From contig CAYZYV010000001.1 of NCBI GenBank assembly GCA_964482735.1, positions 16,172 to 80,171 of the forward strand: a stretch of DNA of 64,000 nt, given 5' to 3'. Numbering within the stretch: the stretch's first letter is position 1; each line of letters begins with the position of its first letter. The notes beneath the pieces are model-generated. The model was given only the letters and a program-made list of their open reading frames with translations. It did not search any database and was not told the origin of the DNA. Source of the DNA: an uncultured Candidatus Saccharibacteria bacterium. Its GTDB lineage: Bacteria > Patescibacteriota > Minisyncoccia > Phycocordibacterales > UBA9973. The translations under genes and the position numbers were made by a program. Positions 20,044 through 29,645 of the stretch are shown piece after piece.

Positions 20044-20244
20044 CTATTTAGCGATATAGGGCAATAGACCCATAAATCTTGCTCTCTTGATAGCTTCTGC
20101 AAGTTTTCTTTGATTCTTTGCAGTTACATCAGTTCTTCTTCTTGAAAGAATACGAGCATTAGGAGTTAAAAATCTTTTTAGAAGTTCAACGTCCTTATAG
20201 TCTATATGCTTTATATTATTTGATGAGAAATAATCTTGTTTCAT
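20044..20244 (-). CDS. rpsR: 30S ribosomal protein S18
   Basis: [12 protein letters not shown]...[19 protein letters not shown]. Confidence 0.95.
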   Translation of the reverse strand: MKQDYFSSNNIKHIDYKDVELLKRFLTPNARILSRRRTDVTAKNQRKLAEAIKRARFMGLLPYIAK

Positions 20245-20308
20245 TTTAGCGACAAGGGAATAGTGAAAAGCGAATAGCAAATCAGTAAACCCTAGTTAAA
20301 TTTAAAAT

Positions 20309-20653
20309 TTATTTTAATTTTTTAATAATAACCGATAACAATTTCTCCACCTCTGTAACTAACGTTAATGATTTTTCAACATTAATTTTTGGATATAGAG
20401 AATTACATAACATTAATTGTGTTTCTAACTCTGCAGATGAACCATACGCAATTATGAGAAATCTTATAAAATCTTTTGTGCCTCTTTTGTGCCCTTCTGC
20501 AATGTTACTAGGGATAGATATTGCACTTCTTTTTAGTTGGGAACTCAAACTATACATTTCTTCTGGCGGTAATTTTCTAGCTACCCAATAAACCTCTTTG
20601 GTTAAATCCATAGCTTTTTGCCAGACTATTAAATCTTTAAAAGAATTAATCAT
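20309..20653 (-). CDS. Four-helix bundle protein (23S rRNA IVS/bAvd-like family)
   Basis: SFKDLIVWQKA, LP.EE.Y.L.SQ..RSAISIPSNIAEG, AYGS.AELETQL; ATG at 20653. Confidence 0.92.
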   Translation of the reverse strand: MINSFKDLIVWQKAMDLTKEVYWVARKLPPEEMYSLSSQLKRSAISIPSNIAEGHKRGTKDFIRFLIIAYGSSAELETQLMLCNSLYPKINVEKSLTLVTEVEKLLSVIIKKLK

Positions 20654-20672
20654 GATATATTTTATTCTCCAC

Positions 20673-20768
20673 CCCCTTACTCTAACCCCCAGGGAATTGA
20701 ATTTTTGTATTTTCCCTATTCCCCTTACTCTAACCCCCAGGGAATTGAATTTTTGTATTTTCCCTATT
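20673..20768. repeat. Perfect 48-bp tandem duplication
   Basis: ccccttactctaacccccagggaattgaatttttgtattttccctatt x2. Confidence 0.9.
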
Positions 20769-20791
20769 CCCTTTACACTATTCACTACCCC

Positions 20792-21244
20792 CTAGAAAGG
20801 AATATCTTCAACATTAATTTGTTCATCTGGATATTCTATTGTGTCCAAATTGTCATCAGATTCTTCGGGTGCAGAATTTGTAGAGGTTTCTTGACCTTGA
20901 GGTCTAGAACCACCACCGTTTGTACCAAATTGTACTCTATCTGCTATTATTTCAGTTCGGTATTTTTTGGTTCCAGTAGCTTGATCATCCCAGCTTCTAG
21001 TTTGCATTCTACCTTCTACCATAACCTGACTGCCCTTTTTCATATACTGAGCAACCGTCTCAGCTTGTCGTCCAAAGACCACAATGTTGTGATAATCAGC
21101 CGATTCTTGCTTTGCTCCATTTTTATCTTTCCAAACACGGTTAGTCGCAACTGAAAACGAGCAAACCTTTACCCCTGATGGGATTGCCTTTAACTCTGGA
21201 TCTCTTGTTAGATTTCCAATTATTAATGCTTTGTTAAGATACAT
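20792..21244 (-). CDS. ssb: Single-stranded DNA-binding protein
   Basis: NKALIIGNLTRDPEL, VEGRMQTRSW, C-terminal DIPF. Confidence 0.97.
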   Translation of the reverse strand: MYLNKALIIGNLTRDPELKAIPSGVKVCSFSVATNRVWKDKNGAKQESADYHNIVVFGRQAETVAQYMKKGSQVMVEGRMQTRSWDDQATGTKKYRTEIIADRVQFGTNGGGSRPQGQETSTNSAPEESDDNLDTIEYPDEQINVEDIPF

Positions 21245-21366
21245 ATAATTAGTTTCTAGTTTAAAGTTTCTAGTTTAAAGTGAAATCTTCACCAAAATAG
21301 ATACTGAAACTATTTATTATAATGATAATTTTCTAGAACACTGAATGTTTCTAGAGACTAACCTAA

Positions 21367-21888
21367 TTATACCACTAGAGCGTCAATTTCCTTATCAATC
21401 TCTTCTTCGTTGACTTCCTCAACTGGTTCAGATGATTCTACTACTTCAGAAACTTCTTTTATTCTTGAAGGAGTTCTTTTTTTGTTATCTTGTTTTGTAT
21501 AAGTTCTCTTAGGAGACATGGTATTCTCTCTAACAGTCTTTATCAAAAGATAACGAACCAACTTCTCGTTTTTATCTAGAAGTTCTTTGATTGTTTTAGC
21601 TTCCAAAGAAGTACATTCAAACTTAATCCATCCGAAATATCCTGTTGTAAATTTTTGCTTCTTGTTAGCAATTGACCTAGTCATTTCGTAAGCCAATTCC
21701 ATTAAACGAGGATACTCATCTGAGATAAAGTTAGCTCCATTACCTGCTAGTAAATCTTTAAGAGCTGTTACTTCTTCACCTAAATTTTCTTCTGCGATAG
21801 TTGGAACCATGTGGAAACCAACTTCGTAGACTCCCTTTCGAGCTATTGATTGTTCTTCAGGGATTACTTCTGCTACTTTTTTAGCCAT
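21367..21888 (-). CDS. rpsF: 30S ribosomal protein S6
   Basis: YEVGF, LAYE, GYFGW, VRYLLIK; rpsF-ssb-rpsR order. Confidence 0.88.
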   Translation of the reverse strand: MAKKVAEVIPEEQSIARKGVYEVGFHMVPTIAEENLGEEVTALKDLLAGNGANFISDEYPRLMELAYEMTRSIANKKQKFTTGYFGWIKFECTSLEAKTIKELLDKNEKLVRYLLIKTVRENTMSPKRTYTKQDNKKRTPSRIKEVSEVVESSEPVEEVNEEEIDKEIDALVV

Positions 21889-21974
21889 TGTAAAAATATT
21901 ATTTTAAATATTATAAAATCTCGCTCCGGACCTAAGTATCCCGATGTCAGTATCGGGATAAACGAGACTCCATC

Positions 21975-22003
21975 ATATTAACAAAAAATAAGGCTTATGT
22001 CAA
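21975..22003 (-). promoter_or_regulatory. Promoter of the rpsF operon
   Basis: TTGACA-17-TAATAT with extended TG on the minus strand. Confidence 0.7.
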
Positions 22004-22012
22004 AGCCGATTT

Positions 22013-22825
22013 TTATCGAACGCAGCGAACATGATATCCATTGGCATGACTACCATCACCAAAGTTTCCGGTACCCATATACTGGAAGTAAGTATGCGTG
22101 GTGGGTGAAGACGGAACGAGATTAGAAGACCAGTAGTGAAGTGCTGCAAAACCAAACGGTGCCCAAGGGTCAGTATCTTCAGTGGAAGCTTTTGAATACC
22201 AGGCATGAGACAGTGTTCGAAGCTGTTCAATAGATGGAAGACGCCCACCATTTTTGGCACATGCATCTGCTGCAATGTATACACCATTGTTATCTTTCCA
22301 TGCCATAGTGATATCTGTTGAACTATTTGTTCCATCTATGTTTACTCCATGAGTATCCCATTTAACTACCCCATTTTCATCGACAGACCAAGCTTTAAGT
22401 TCACCTGAATCATAGATGAGAGCAGTGGCACCGAAACGTAAGTAGATATCACTATACGGAGTTCCATAGTAACTAAAACACTTAACAGCAACACCTTGGT
22501 CGATTAATGGTTGAGCAATCTTGGCTAGATTACCGGTAGTAATATCACCCGGAGATCCGTCTTCCTTTAAACCAGTACAATCTAAATTATAATATGAAAC
22601 ATTAGAATTAACAAAACTACCTTTTGTAACCTGATTTATCGCAGCTTGATTATATAGTTGTTTTAAAGTTGATTTGATAGTAGCTATCTTCCCCTTCTCT
22701 CTTGCAGAGTTTAATGAAGCAATAACAACAGCAGAAAGTATTCCAATGATAGCAATAACGACAAGTAATTCGATTAGTGTGAATCCTCTGGTTTTTTTGT
22801 CTGATTTTAAGAGTTTCTTTTTCAT
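22013..22825 (-). CDS. Type IV pilin-like protein with C-terminal CLec/DUF1566-like domain (paralog 2)
   Basis: [19 protein letters not shown]; AC..NGGRLPS..YWSS..HVRCVR. Confidence 0.9.
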   Translation of the reverse strand: MKKKLLKSDKKTRGFTLIELLVVIAIIGILSAVVIASLNSAREKGKIATIKSTLKQLYNQAAINQVTKGSFVNSNVSYYNLDCTGLKEDGSPGDITTGNLAKIAQPLIDQGVAVKCFSYYGTPYSDIYLRFGATALIYDSGELKAWSVDENGVVKWDTHGVNIDGTNSSTDITMAWKDNNGVYIAADACAKNGGRLPSIEQLRTLSHAWYSKASTEDTDPWAPFGFAALHYWSSNLVPSSPTTHTYFQYMGTGNFGDGSHANGYHVRCVR

Positions 22826-22851
22826 TTTTTTATTATAACATAATTCTTACC

Positions 22852-22909
22852 TGTGGATAACTGTTCGAGGTCTTGCCTGTGCAGGCAAGACCTCGAACAG
22901 TTATCCACA
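22852..22909. repeat. 58-bp palindrome with DnaA-box consensus at both ends
   Basis: 28-bp perfect arms; TGTGGATAA...TTATCCACA. Confidence 0.9.
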
Positions 22910-22913
22910 ATTT

Positions 22914-23777
22914 TTATATATGAAATAGTTTTTTAGCGTTTTTTACTATTTGTGAAGCAACTTCATCAAGTGGTAACCCTTTAATTTCTGCAATTTTTGC
23001 CACGATATCCTTCACATTGATTGGTTCATTTGTTTTACCCCTATTGGGCACTGGAGCAACATAAGGACTGTCAGTATCAGCCATGATCATATCGAGTGGG
23101 ACAGCTTTAATTATTTCTTCCGTGTTTATATTCCTAGGATTTATTTTTTTAGGAGGATAAGTAATAACTCCTGCAAAAGAAATATAAAAACCAAAACCTA
23201 CAAAATCTATTGCATCCTTTAATTCACCAGCAAAAAAATGAACCACTCCTTTAACCTTTGCGTATTTTTTCAAAATATCTAGCGCGTCTTGATATGCACT
23301 AGTTGATAAATCTTCCTCGCTATTTCTCAAGTGAAGCATAAGTGGAATGTTTAACTCATTGGCTAATTCTATCTGTGCGATAAAAGCCTCTTTTTGTTTT
23401 TCTTTGTCCCCATCTTTAAGATGAAAATAATCCAGCCCGCACTCACCTATTGCTACCACTTTCCCAGGTTCAAAAAGTCCTCGATATTTTTCTTTATCAA
23501 AAATTTCTCCATGTGTAGAAAATTCTTTTGAATAAACACCAAGTTCGTCTTGATCAGCAAAAGATGAAGATGTATGTGTAGGATGAAGGCCTATCGTTGA
23601 ATAAATTCCCTCTTTATAATCTTTCGTTACTTGTACAGCTTTTAGAGAAGTATCAAATTGTGTACCAATGTTGATTACCCAAGTATCATTATCCAAAGCA
23701 CGGCGAAGAATCAAATCTCGATTCTCATCAAAAATAGAGAAATTTATATGGGCGTGAATATCTATGTATTTAGGCAT
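22914..23777 (-). CDS. tatD: TatD family DNase
   Basis: IDIHAH, GLHP, IGECGLDY, HLR, HFF, DTDSPY. Confidence 0.93.
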   Translation of the reverse strand: MPKYIDIHAHINFSIFDENRDLILRRALDNDTWVINIGTQFDTSLKAVQVTKDYKEGIYSTIGLHPTHTSSSFADQDELGVYSKEFSTHGEIFDKEKYRGLFEPGKVVAIGECGLDYFHLKDGDKEKQKEAFIAQIELANELNIPLMLHLRNSEEDLSTSAYQDALDILKKYAKVKGVVHFFAGELKDAIDFVGFGFYISFAGVITYPPKKINPRNINTEEIIKAVPLDMIMADTDSPYVAPVPNRGKTNEPINVKDIVAKIAEIKGLPLDEVASQIVKNAKKLFHI

Positions 23778-23779
23778 TT

Positions 23780-25249
23780 TTATTTTCTCAAAAACAAAGG
23801 TACTTCTGGTTTTTTGTTTTCTTTAATTAGTTCTTGAATTTTCTTTGAAGTTTCTGGCAAGAACGGCTCTATTGCAAGAGCACTTCCATACAAATGGTAT
23901 AACAAATAATGAACATCATTCTTTGCACCTTCTTCATCAACCTTAATCTTTTTAAAAGGTTCTGTTTTTTGTATGTATTCATCCAAGCCTCTTAAATCAA
24001 GCCAAATTTTATTTATGAATTTATTTATATCAAAAGACTCTAAGTCAGGAATTTCTTCTGTGTAATATTTAATGGATAATTCCTCTTCGTTTAATTTAAC
24101 TCCGTAGTTTGTCGCCATAGCCATCACACGACTTGTCAGATTACCCAACCCGTTTGCCAATCCTGAATTATATGCATCTTTAAATCTCTCTATCGTAAAT
24201 GGACTATCTTCAAAACTGCTAATTTCTTTCAACATAAAGAAACGAAGTGCATCTATTCCATATTCTTCTACCACGTCTCTTGGATCATAAGAAGTACCTA
24301 ATGATTTAGACATACGGACCCCACCCTCTCCTGTCACAAATCCATTAACAACTATCTGGTGAGAATTAGAAAGTCCAGCAGCCATAAGCATAGCTTGCCA
24401 CATTGCACTTTGAAAACGAGTGTTGTCTTTCCCGCAATATTGAGTAGGTGTACCATTCTGCCAATATTTTATAAATTTTTCTGATTTCAATAAATCATCG
24501 ATACTGTTCACGTTTTCCTCCGCCAAGGTGGAGACATAGTTTGATAAAGCATCAAACCACACGTACATCACTTGGGTATCGTCATTAGGAACAGATATTC
24601 CCCATGGCATCTTTTCTTTTAGTCGAGAGATAGAAAAATCTTGTAGTCCATTATTAACAAAATTTTTAATTTCATTTAATCTAAACTCGGGTATAACAAA
24701 ACTAGGATTATTTTCATAAAATTTCATGAGTTTATCACCAAAAGCTGAGTATTTGAAAAAATAATTTTCCTCATTTATCTCTTTTAAATCCATGTTTGGG
24801 TGATCCTTACATCGCCCATTTTCTATTTCCGAATCTGTTTTTTCGCTCTCACAACCAACGCAATATTTAGCAGTATAGTTTTTCTTGTAAATATAACCAT
24901 TTTCAAAAACCTTAGTCCAAAAGCTTTGAGCTATTTTGACGTGTTTTTCATCCGTCGTCCTTATAAAATTAATATCCTCTGTAAGACCAAAAATTTTAAT
25001 TTGTTCTTTAAAGATAGCAAAATTTTTATTTAAGAAATCTTGAACGTCTAATCCTTCTTCTTTTGCTTTCTCAAAAATCTTTACTCCATGTTCATCTGTT
25101 CCTGAATTAAAGTAAACATCATATCCAAGTAATTTTTTATATCGAGCAATACTATCCGCTCGTATAAATTCCAAAGCATGCCCCATGTGAAGTGGAGCAT
25201 TTATATATGGTAATGTTGTTGTTAAATAAAATGGTTTTTTGTTATTCAT
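23780..25249 (-). CDS. metG: Methionyl-tRNA synthetase (short form)
   Basis: PYINAPLHMGH, GTDEHG, YVWFDAL, RMSKS. Confidence 0.95.
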   Translation of the reverse strand: MNNKKPFYLTTTLPYINAPLHMGHALEFIRADSIARYKKLLGYDVYFNSGTDEHGVKIFEKAKEEGLDVQDFLNKNFAIFKEQIKIFGLTEDINFIRTTDEKHVKIAQSFWTKVFENGYIYKKNYTAKYCVGCESEKTDSEIENGRCKDHPNMDLKEINEENYFFKYSAFGDKLMKFYENNPSFVIPEFRLNEIKNFVNNGLQDFSISRLKEKMPWGISVPNDDTQVMYVWFDALSNYVSTLAEENVNSIDDLLKSEKFIKYWQNGTPTQYCGKDNTRFQSAMWQAMLMAAGLSNSHQIVVNGFVTGEGGVRMSKSLGTSYDPRDVVEEYGIDALRFFMLKEISSFEDSPFTIERFKDAYNSGLANGLGNLTSRVMAMATNYGVKLNEEELSIKYYTEEIPDLESFDINKFINKIWLDLRGLDEYIQKTEPFKKIKVDEEGAKNDVHYLLYHLYGSALAIEPFLPETSKKIQELIKENKKPEVPLFLRK

Positions 25250-25250
25250 A

Positions 25251-26318
25251 TTAAATATTTTTTTGTTCTATTTTCTTTTTTTCTAAATCATCTAAGAATT
25301 CTAGTAAACATACCGAGACAGGAATAGCGAGAACAACTCCGAGGAATCCAGCTAAAGCATAACCAATAATAATAGATAAAACTACAACCAAAGGTGATAT
25401 ACCGATAACTTTTTTAATAATTAATGGATATATCAAATAGGTTTCAAATTGATGCAAAATAAAGTACAAAGCAAACGATAATATGGCCATAGTGATACCT
25501 CCATCGAGAAATCCAAACAAAACAACAGGAACTACAGCGATAAAGATACCGTAAGGAACTAATTCGAACAATGCTGTTAAGATCGCTAGTACCAAGGAGT
25601 ATTTAACTCCTAAAATTGTAAGTCCGAGATAAGCTAGAACTCCAATAATCAATCCTAGAAGCATTTGTCCTTGCATCCACAACCCGATCTTATGTTCTGT
25701 TCTTTGCCACAAGCTAATTACATATTCTTCTTGTTTACGAGGAGTAACTATTCTCAAGAAGTTCTCTATACCCTTCTCTGTGATAGATAAGTAAAAAGAA
25801 ATTATTAAGATAAAACCAAAGTTAACAACCCCACCAAATGCTCCACCAAAAACATCCATGAATCCTCCGGACATGCTATCTATAAGATTTTTGAAACTTG
25901 ACACCACTTCTCCGATAGATGCATTTTTTGATATGCTTGAAAAAACATTTTTAGCCCCCGTTAAAGTATCTGGCTGAAATGTGTTAAGCACACTACTGTT
26001 CGGTATATATTGGCTTAATGAAGAGACAAGGGCAGACATTTCTCTGATAAATACCGGCATGAAAACTGAAGACAACCCGACAATCAAAGCTATCGCTATA
26101 GCATAAACTACAAAAACAGCAAAAGATCTATTTTTGATATAAGGTTTTAATCTTCTAACGGCTGATTCCACAAAAGAAGCTATGACTATTGCCACTAAAA
26201 TGATTAGAATGATGTTATAAAGCTTATACAAAGCTAAACAAATCAGTAAAAAAATCAAAATTTTAAGGAATGTCTTGTTCGAAATATTTATTTGTGGCGT
26301 ATTTATCTTTTCCTCCAT
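25251..26318 (-). CDS. AI-2E/PerM family transporter
   Basis: Multiple TM helices; ELVPYG, G.SP, LAIP. Confidence 0.85.
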   Translation of the reverse strand: MEEKINTPQINISNKTFLKILIFLLICLALYKLYNIILIILVAIVIASFVESAVRRLKPYIKNRSFAVFVVYAIAIALIVGLSSVFMPVFIREMSALVSSLSQYIPNSSVLNTFQPDTLTGAKNVFSSISKNASIGEVVSSFKNLIDSMSGGFMDVFGGAFGGVVNFGFILIISFYLSITEKGIENFLRIVTPRKQEEYVISLWQRTEHKIGLWMQGQMLLGLIIGVLAYLGLTILGVKYSLVLAILTALFELVPYGIFIAVVPVVLFGFLDGGITMAILSFALYFILHQFETYLIYPLIIKKVIGISPLVVVLSIIIGYALAGFLGVVLAIPVSVCLLEFLDDLEKKKIEQKNI

Positions 26319-26373
26319 AATAAAACAATAATACCACATTTTAATGATAATTTAAATGTAGTATTTATTGGTG

Positions 26374-27714
26374 TTACTGATTCAATTTTTCTTTTATATA
26401 GCTAACAATATCATCTTTTTTAATTCTCTCTTGGAATGCGGTATTTCTGTCTCGGATGGTTACGGTATCATTTTCCAAAGTTTCAAAATCGATAACAATA
26501 CACCAAGGAGTTCCTATTTCATCCTGTCGTCTATATCTCTTACCAATGTTCCCATTGTCATCCCACATTACCCTTCCGAATTCATCTTTTAGGTTTCGAT
26601 AAACCAGTCTAGCATAATCTTTTAATTCGGGTTTATTTTTTAGCAAAGGAGAAACTGCGCATACAACTGGAGCTATCGCTGGTTTAAAAGCAAGATATGG
26701 TCTAGGTTCTTCTCCGTTTAAATCTTCTTTATAAGCACCGAGCAAAATTGCTAGGACAGTTCTATCTACACCCAAAGAAGGTTCAATAACATGTGGTACT
26801 ATTTTCTCATTTGTCTCCTTGCCTGCCATAGCTATACCATCGGTATTGCGGGCAGGTTCGTCTTGGTAAGTAAGTTTATGTCTACTTAAATCAAAGTCTG
26901 TTCTATATGCCAAACCATACAATTCTTTTCTACCAAAAGGAAAATCAAATTCGAAATCTATCGTTCGTTTAGAATAATGGGCTAAGCTGTCTTTTGGAAC
27001 TTCTAATTCGTGAACCTTTGACATATCCAAACCTATCTCCTCCATCCATTCAATCATCTCTGTTCTCCAATACTCAAAATAATTTTCCCAATTATCACCT
27101 TTCAAGAAGTATTCTATCTCCATCTGTTCAAATTCTCGAACTCTGAAAATAAAATCTCGAGGGGTTATTTCATTACGAAATGCCTTACCTATCTGAGCAA
27201 GTCCAAAAGGAAGTTTTGGATGAAAAGAATCAACAACATTCTTGAAGTTCACAAACATACCCTGTGCGGTCTCTGGTCTTAAATAAATAGTTGCAGAAGT
27301 GTCCTCTACGGCCCCTATTTGAGTCTTAAACATCATATTGAAGGCTTTAGGGGTTCCTACAGCACTGCCACATTCATCACATATTCCAGGCTCTTTTAGG
27401 GCATCTTCTCTAAAACGCCTCTTGCATTTAGTACATTCAACCAACGGATCTGTAAAAGTATCTACGTGCCCTGAAGCTTTCCAAACATCTGGATGCATCA
27501 GTATCGCAGCATCTACTCCGTACATGTCTTCTCTCGATTCTACAAATTTTTTCCACCAAGAATTCTTGATATTATTTTTCAAGGCAACCCCCAGTGGTCC
27601 GTAATCCCAAGTTCCAGCTAGCCCACCATAAATTTCTGAACCTTGATAAATAAAACCCCTTCTCTTTGATAGAGAAATAATTGATTCCATAATTTTATTT
27701 TCTTCCTTTTTCAT
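26374..27714 (-). CDS. glyQS: Glycyl-tRNA synthetase (homodimeric, eukaryote/archaea type)
   Basis: KRRGF, YLRPETAQG, FRVREFEQME, PHVIEPS.GVDR, IGKRYRRQDEIGTP. Confidence 0.95.
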   Translation of the reverse strand: MKKEENKIMESIISLSKRRGFIYQGSEIYGGLAGTWDYGPLGVALKNNIKNSWWKKFVESREDMYGVDAAILMHPDVWKASGHVDTFTDPLVECTKCKRRFREDALKEPGICDECGSAVGTPKAFNMMFKTQIGAVEDTSATIYLRPETAQGMFVNFKNVVDSFHPKLPFGLAQIGKAFRNEITPRDFIFRVREFEQMEIEYFLKGDNWENYFEYWRTEMIEWMEEIGLDMSKVHELEVPKDSLAHYSKRTIDFEFDFPFGRKELYGLAYRTDFDLSRHKLTYQDEPARNTDGIAMAGKETNEKIVPHVIEPSLGVDRTVLAILLGAYKEDLNGEEPRPYLAFKPAIAPVVCAVSPLLKNKPELKDYARLVYRNLKDEFGRVMWDDNGNIGKRYRRQDEIGTPWCIVIDFETLENDTVTIRDRNTAFQERIKKDDIVSYIKEKLNQ

Positions 27715-27734
27715 CTTTGTAATTTTATAATCTT

Positions 27735-29618
27735 CTAATTAGATACCCTACCGTTCCCTTCTCCAGCTGACGCCCCACTGATTGATGAGATGTATAAGTT
27801 ATTCATCGTGCTTCCAACCTGTGCACCAGAGTAGGAATCTGTTCCTGACAATGAGATGTTTTGTATCAAAAGTGGAGAGAGTCCTACTTGTGATATTGAT
27901 GGCTTAAAGTTCACAATAAAAGAAACTTCTCGGTTTGAATCCACCCCTGTTCCTGGTGGAACTGATCCTATCTTCCATGTAATTTCTCTTTTTTCTTTAT
28001 TGTAAGAAATATTTTCTTTTGTACCTGCAACAAATCCTACCCAATCAGTATAAATAGGTAAACTTGCTGTTACAAGAGCCTGACTAACACTGTTAGTAGA
28101 ATTGGATAATGTCCATGTCACCATATAATTAGTACTACCTTCTGCCCTAGGCGGCAAATCTCCAGTCAAATAAGATAATGATGAAGCCACTTGAAAATCA
28201 GTTTTTAATTTTATTTTTTTCTCTGTGAAATTATCTATATTAGAGAAGCTACTTCCGTATAATGGTTGGTTACCCTTTATACTTACGCTTATCACAGCCT
28301 GCGGATTCTTAATTCCAGAAAGTCCGGTTAAGCTCATAGGTGTGAAATCGAAAGAAACTTTCCCTGTTCCACCTGGCTCTATGGACGCAAGCTCTTTTAG
28401 AGTACTCTTATTCCAAATAATCTGCCCATTGAGAGAATCATAATAACCAGAAGTTTCTTTTATATTATTCTTATCAAGAATATTTCCAGTAATTTTTGCC
28501 ACTATTTCTGCATCGTTAATACTAGAAGAAAGATTATTTTTCCAAGTAATATCTACACTGACTTCTTGTCCACCCTTAACTGCATATTCTTCTTGGTCTT
28601 GATTGTTTACCAAAACTTTAATATCAAGAAACGGATTTTCTATAACCATCTTTTGTAAGATAGAACTGTAAACAACCCCCATTTTAGAAGTATCATTATT
28701 ATCTAACGTTCCTGCATAAGCATGGAAAACTTGTTCATCTCCAGTCTGCCCCATCAATTTACCTTTAAGCTCTATTGTTATTGGAGTGGTTTGAGTAATT
28801 GAAGATAAATCCCAAATATAATTATCGTTCATTGGCAACGGCTCAGCTGTTTCAAAAATAAAATTGCTAGGGTGTTTTAGTTGTAACACTAGATGATCAC
28901 TTGGCTGAGTTGTATTTAGGGTTGTAGTGATCTTGATAGAAACTGTTTGATTGGCAATTATACTATTAGGAGCTTCTACTTTTAGAGAAACAGGAGCTAG
29001 ACTAATAGTTACAGGGTAATACTTTTCTTTAGCAAAGGTAGCGTTAGATCCTTCTGGGCGATATTCTAAACTGGCCTTAATGTTCTTTATTGATTTTTCT
29101 GATCCATAAAGTTTTACTCTGATATTTCGAATAACAGTCTCTCCTGATTTTATGGTTCCAATCTCATCTTTATCTAAACGAATTATTTCAGAATCGTCAT
29201 TTGCCCCCTTAGGGTACTCGATCGTTAAAGACGCAGACTCTAAGCTTGCACTATTACGATTAGTTATCTCTATCTCTAAGGGTAAATCCTCACCCCCCTT
29301 AGTAAACGAGCTACCAATTATTTCCAAATCTATTTTATTTCCTGAAACAGTCGAGTCATCTAGGAAAAATTTATAAGCAGAATAACCAACTGCTCCGATG
29401 AAGAATATAATGGACAGTATAAAAAATTTTTTAAAAAAAGAAGTTTTTATTTTTTTATTTTTATTAGGCATTTCTTCTGTTTTTGGTTTATCCCATTCAT
29501 CTTTTACATCATATCTTTGTTCTCTTAAAGCCCCTCTTCTATAACTAGTTGACTCGTCGTAATTGGGATCATATAGTTTTCTTTTTAAATCTTCAATTTT
29601 TCCTTTGTTTTCTGACAT
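27735..29618 (-). CDS. Membrane-anchored protein with repeated Ig-like beta domains
   Basis: Single TM helix followed by beta-rich modules (W..G....G). Confidence 0.7.
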   Translation of the reverse strand: MSENKGKIEDLKRKLYDPNYDESTSYRRGALREQRYDVKDEWDKPKTEEMPNKNKKIKTSFFKKFFILSIIFFIGAVGYSAYKFFLDDSTVSGNKIDLEIIGSSFTKGGEDLPLEIEITNRNSASLESASLTIEYPKGANDDSEIIRLDKDEIGTIKSGETVIRNIRVKLYGSEKSIKNIKASLEYRPEGSNATFAKEKYYPVTISLAPVSLKVEAPNSIIANQTVSIKITTTLNTTQPSDHLVLQLKHPSNFIFETAEPLPMNDNYIWDLSSITQTTPITIELKGKLMGQTGDEQVFHAYAGTLDNNDTSKMGVVYSSILQKMVIENPFLDIKVLVNNQDQEEYAVKGGQEVSVDITWKNNLSSSINDAEIVAKITGNILDKNNIKETSGYYDSLNGQIIWNKSTLKELASIEPGGTGKVSFDFTPMSLTGLSGIKNPQAVISVSIKGNQPLYGSSFSNIDNFTEKKIKLKTDFQVASSLSYLTGDLPPRAEGSTNYMVTWTLSNSTNSVSQALVTASLPIYTDWVGFVAGTKENISYNKEKREITWKIGSVPPGTGVDSNREVSFIVNFKPSISQVGLSPLLIQNISLSGTDSYSGAQVGSTMNNLYISSISGASAGEGNGRVSN

Positions 29619-29645
29619 AAAAACATTATATCATAAAAATACTTT

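Noticed and set aside
20654-20785. N-terminal extension of the four-helix-bundle ORF
   Set aside because: It is the translated 48-bp duplication; the family start is the ATG at 20653
22852-22909. oriC
   Set aside because: Only two boxes, inside a palindrome; no dnaA/dnaN nearby and no evident unwinding element
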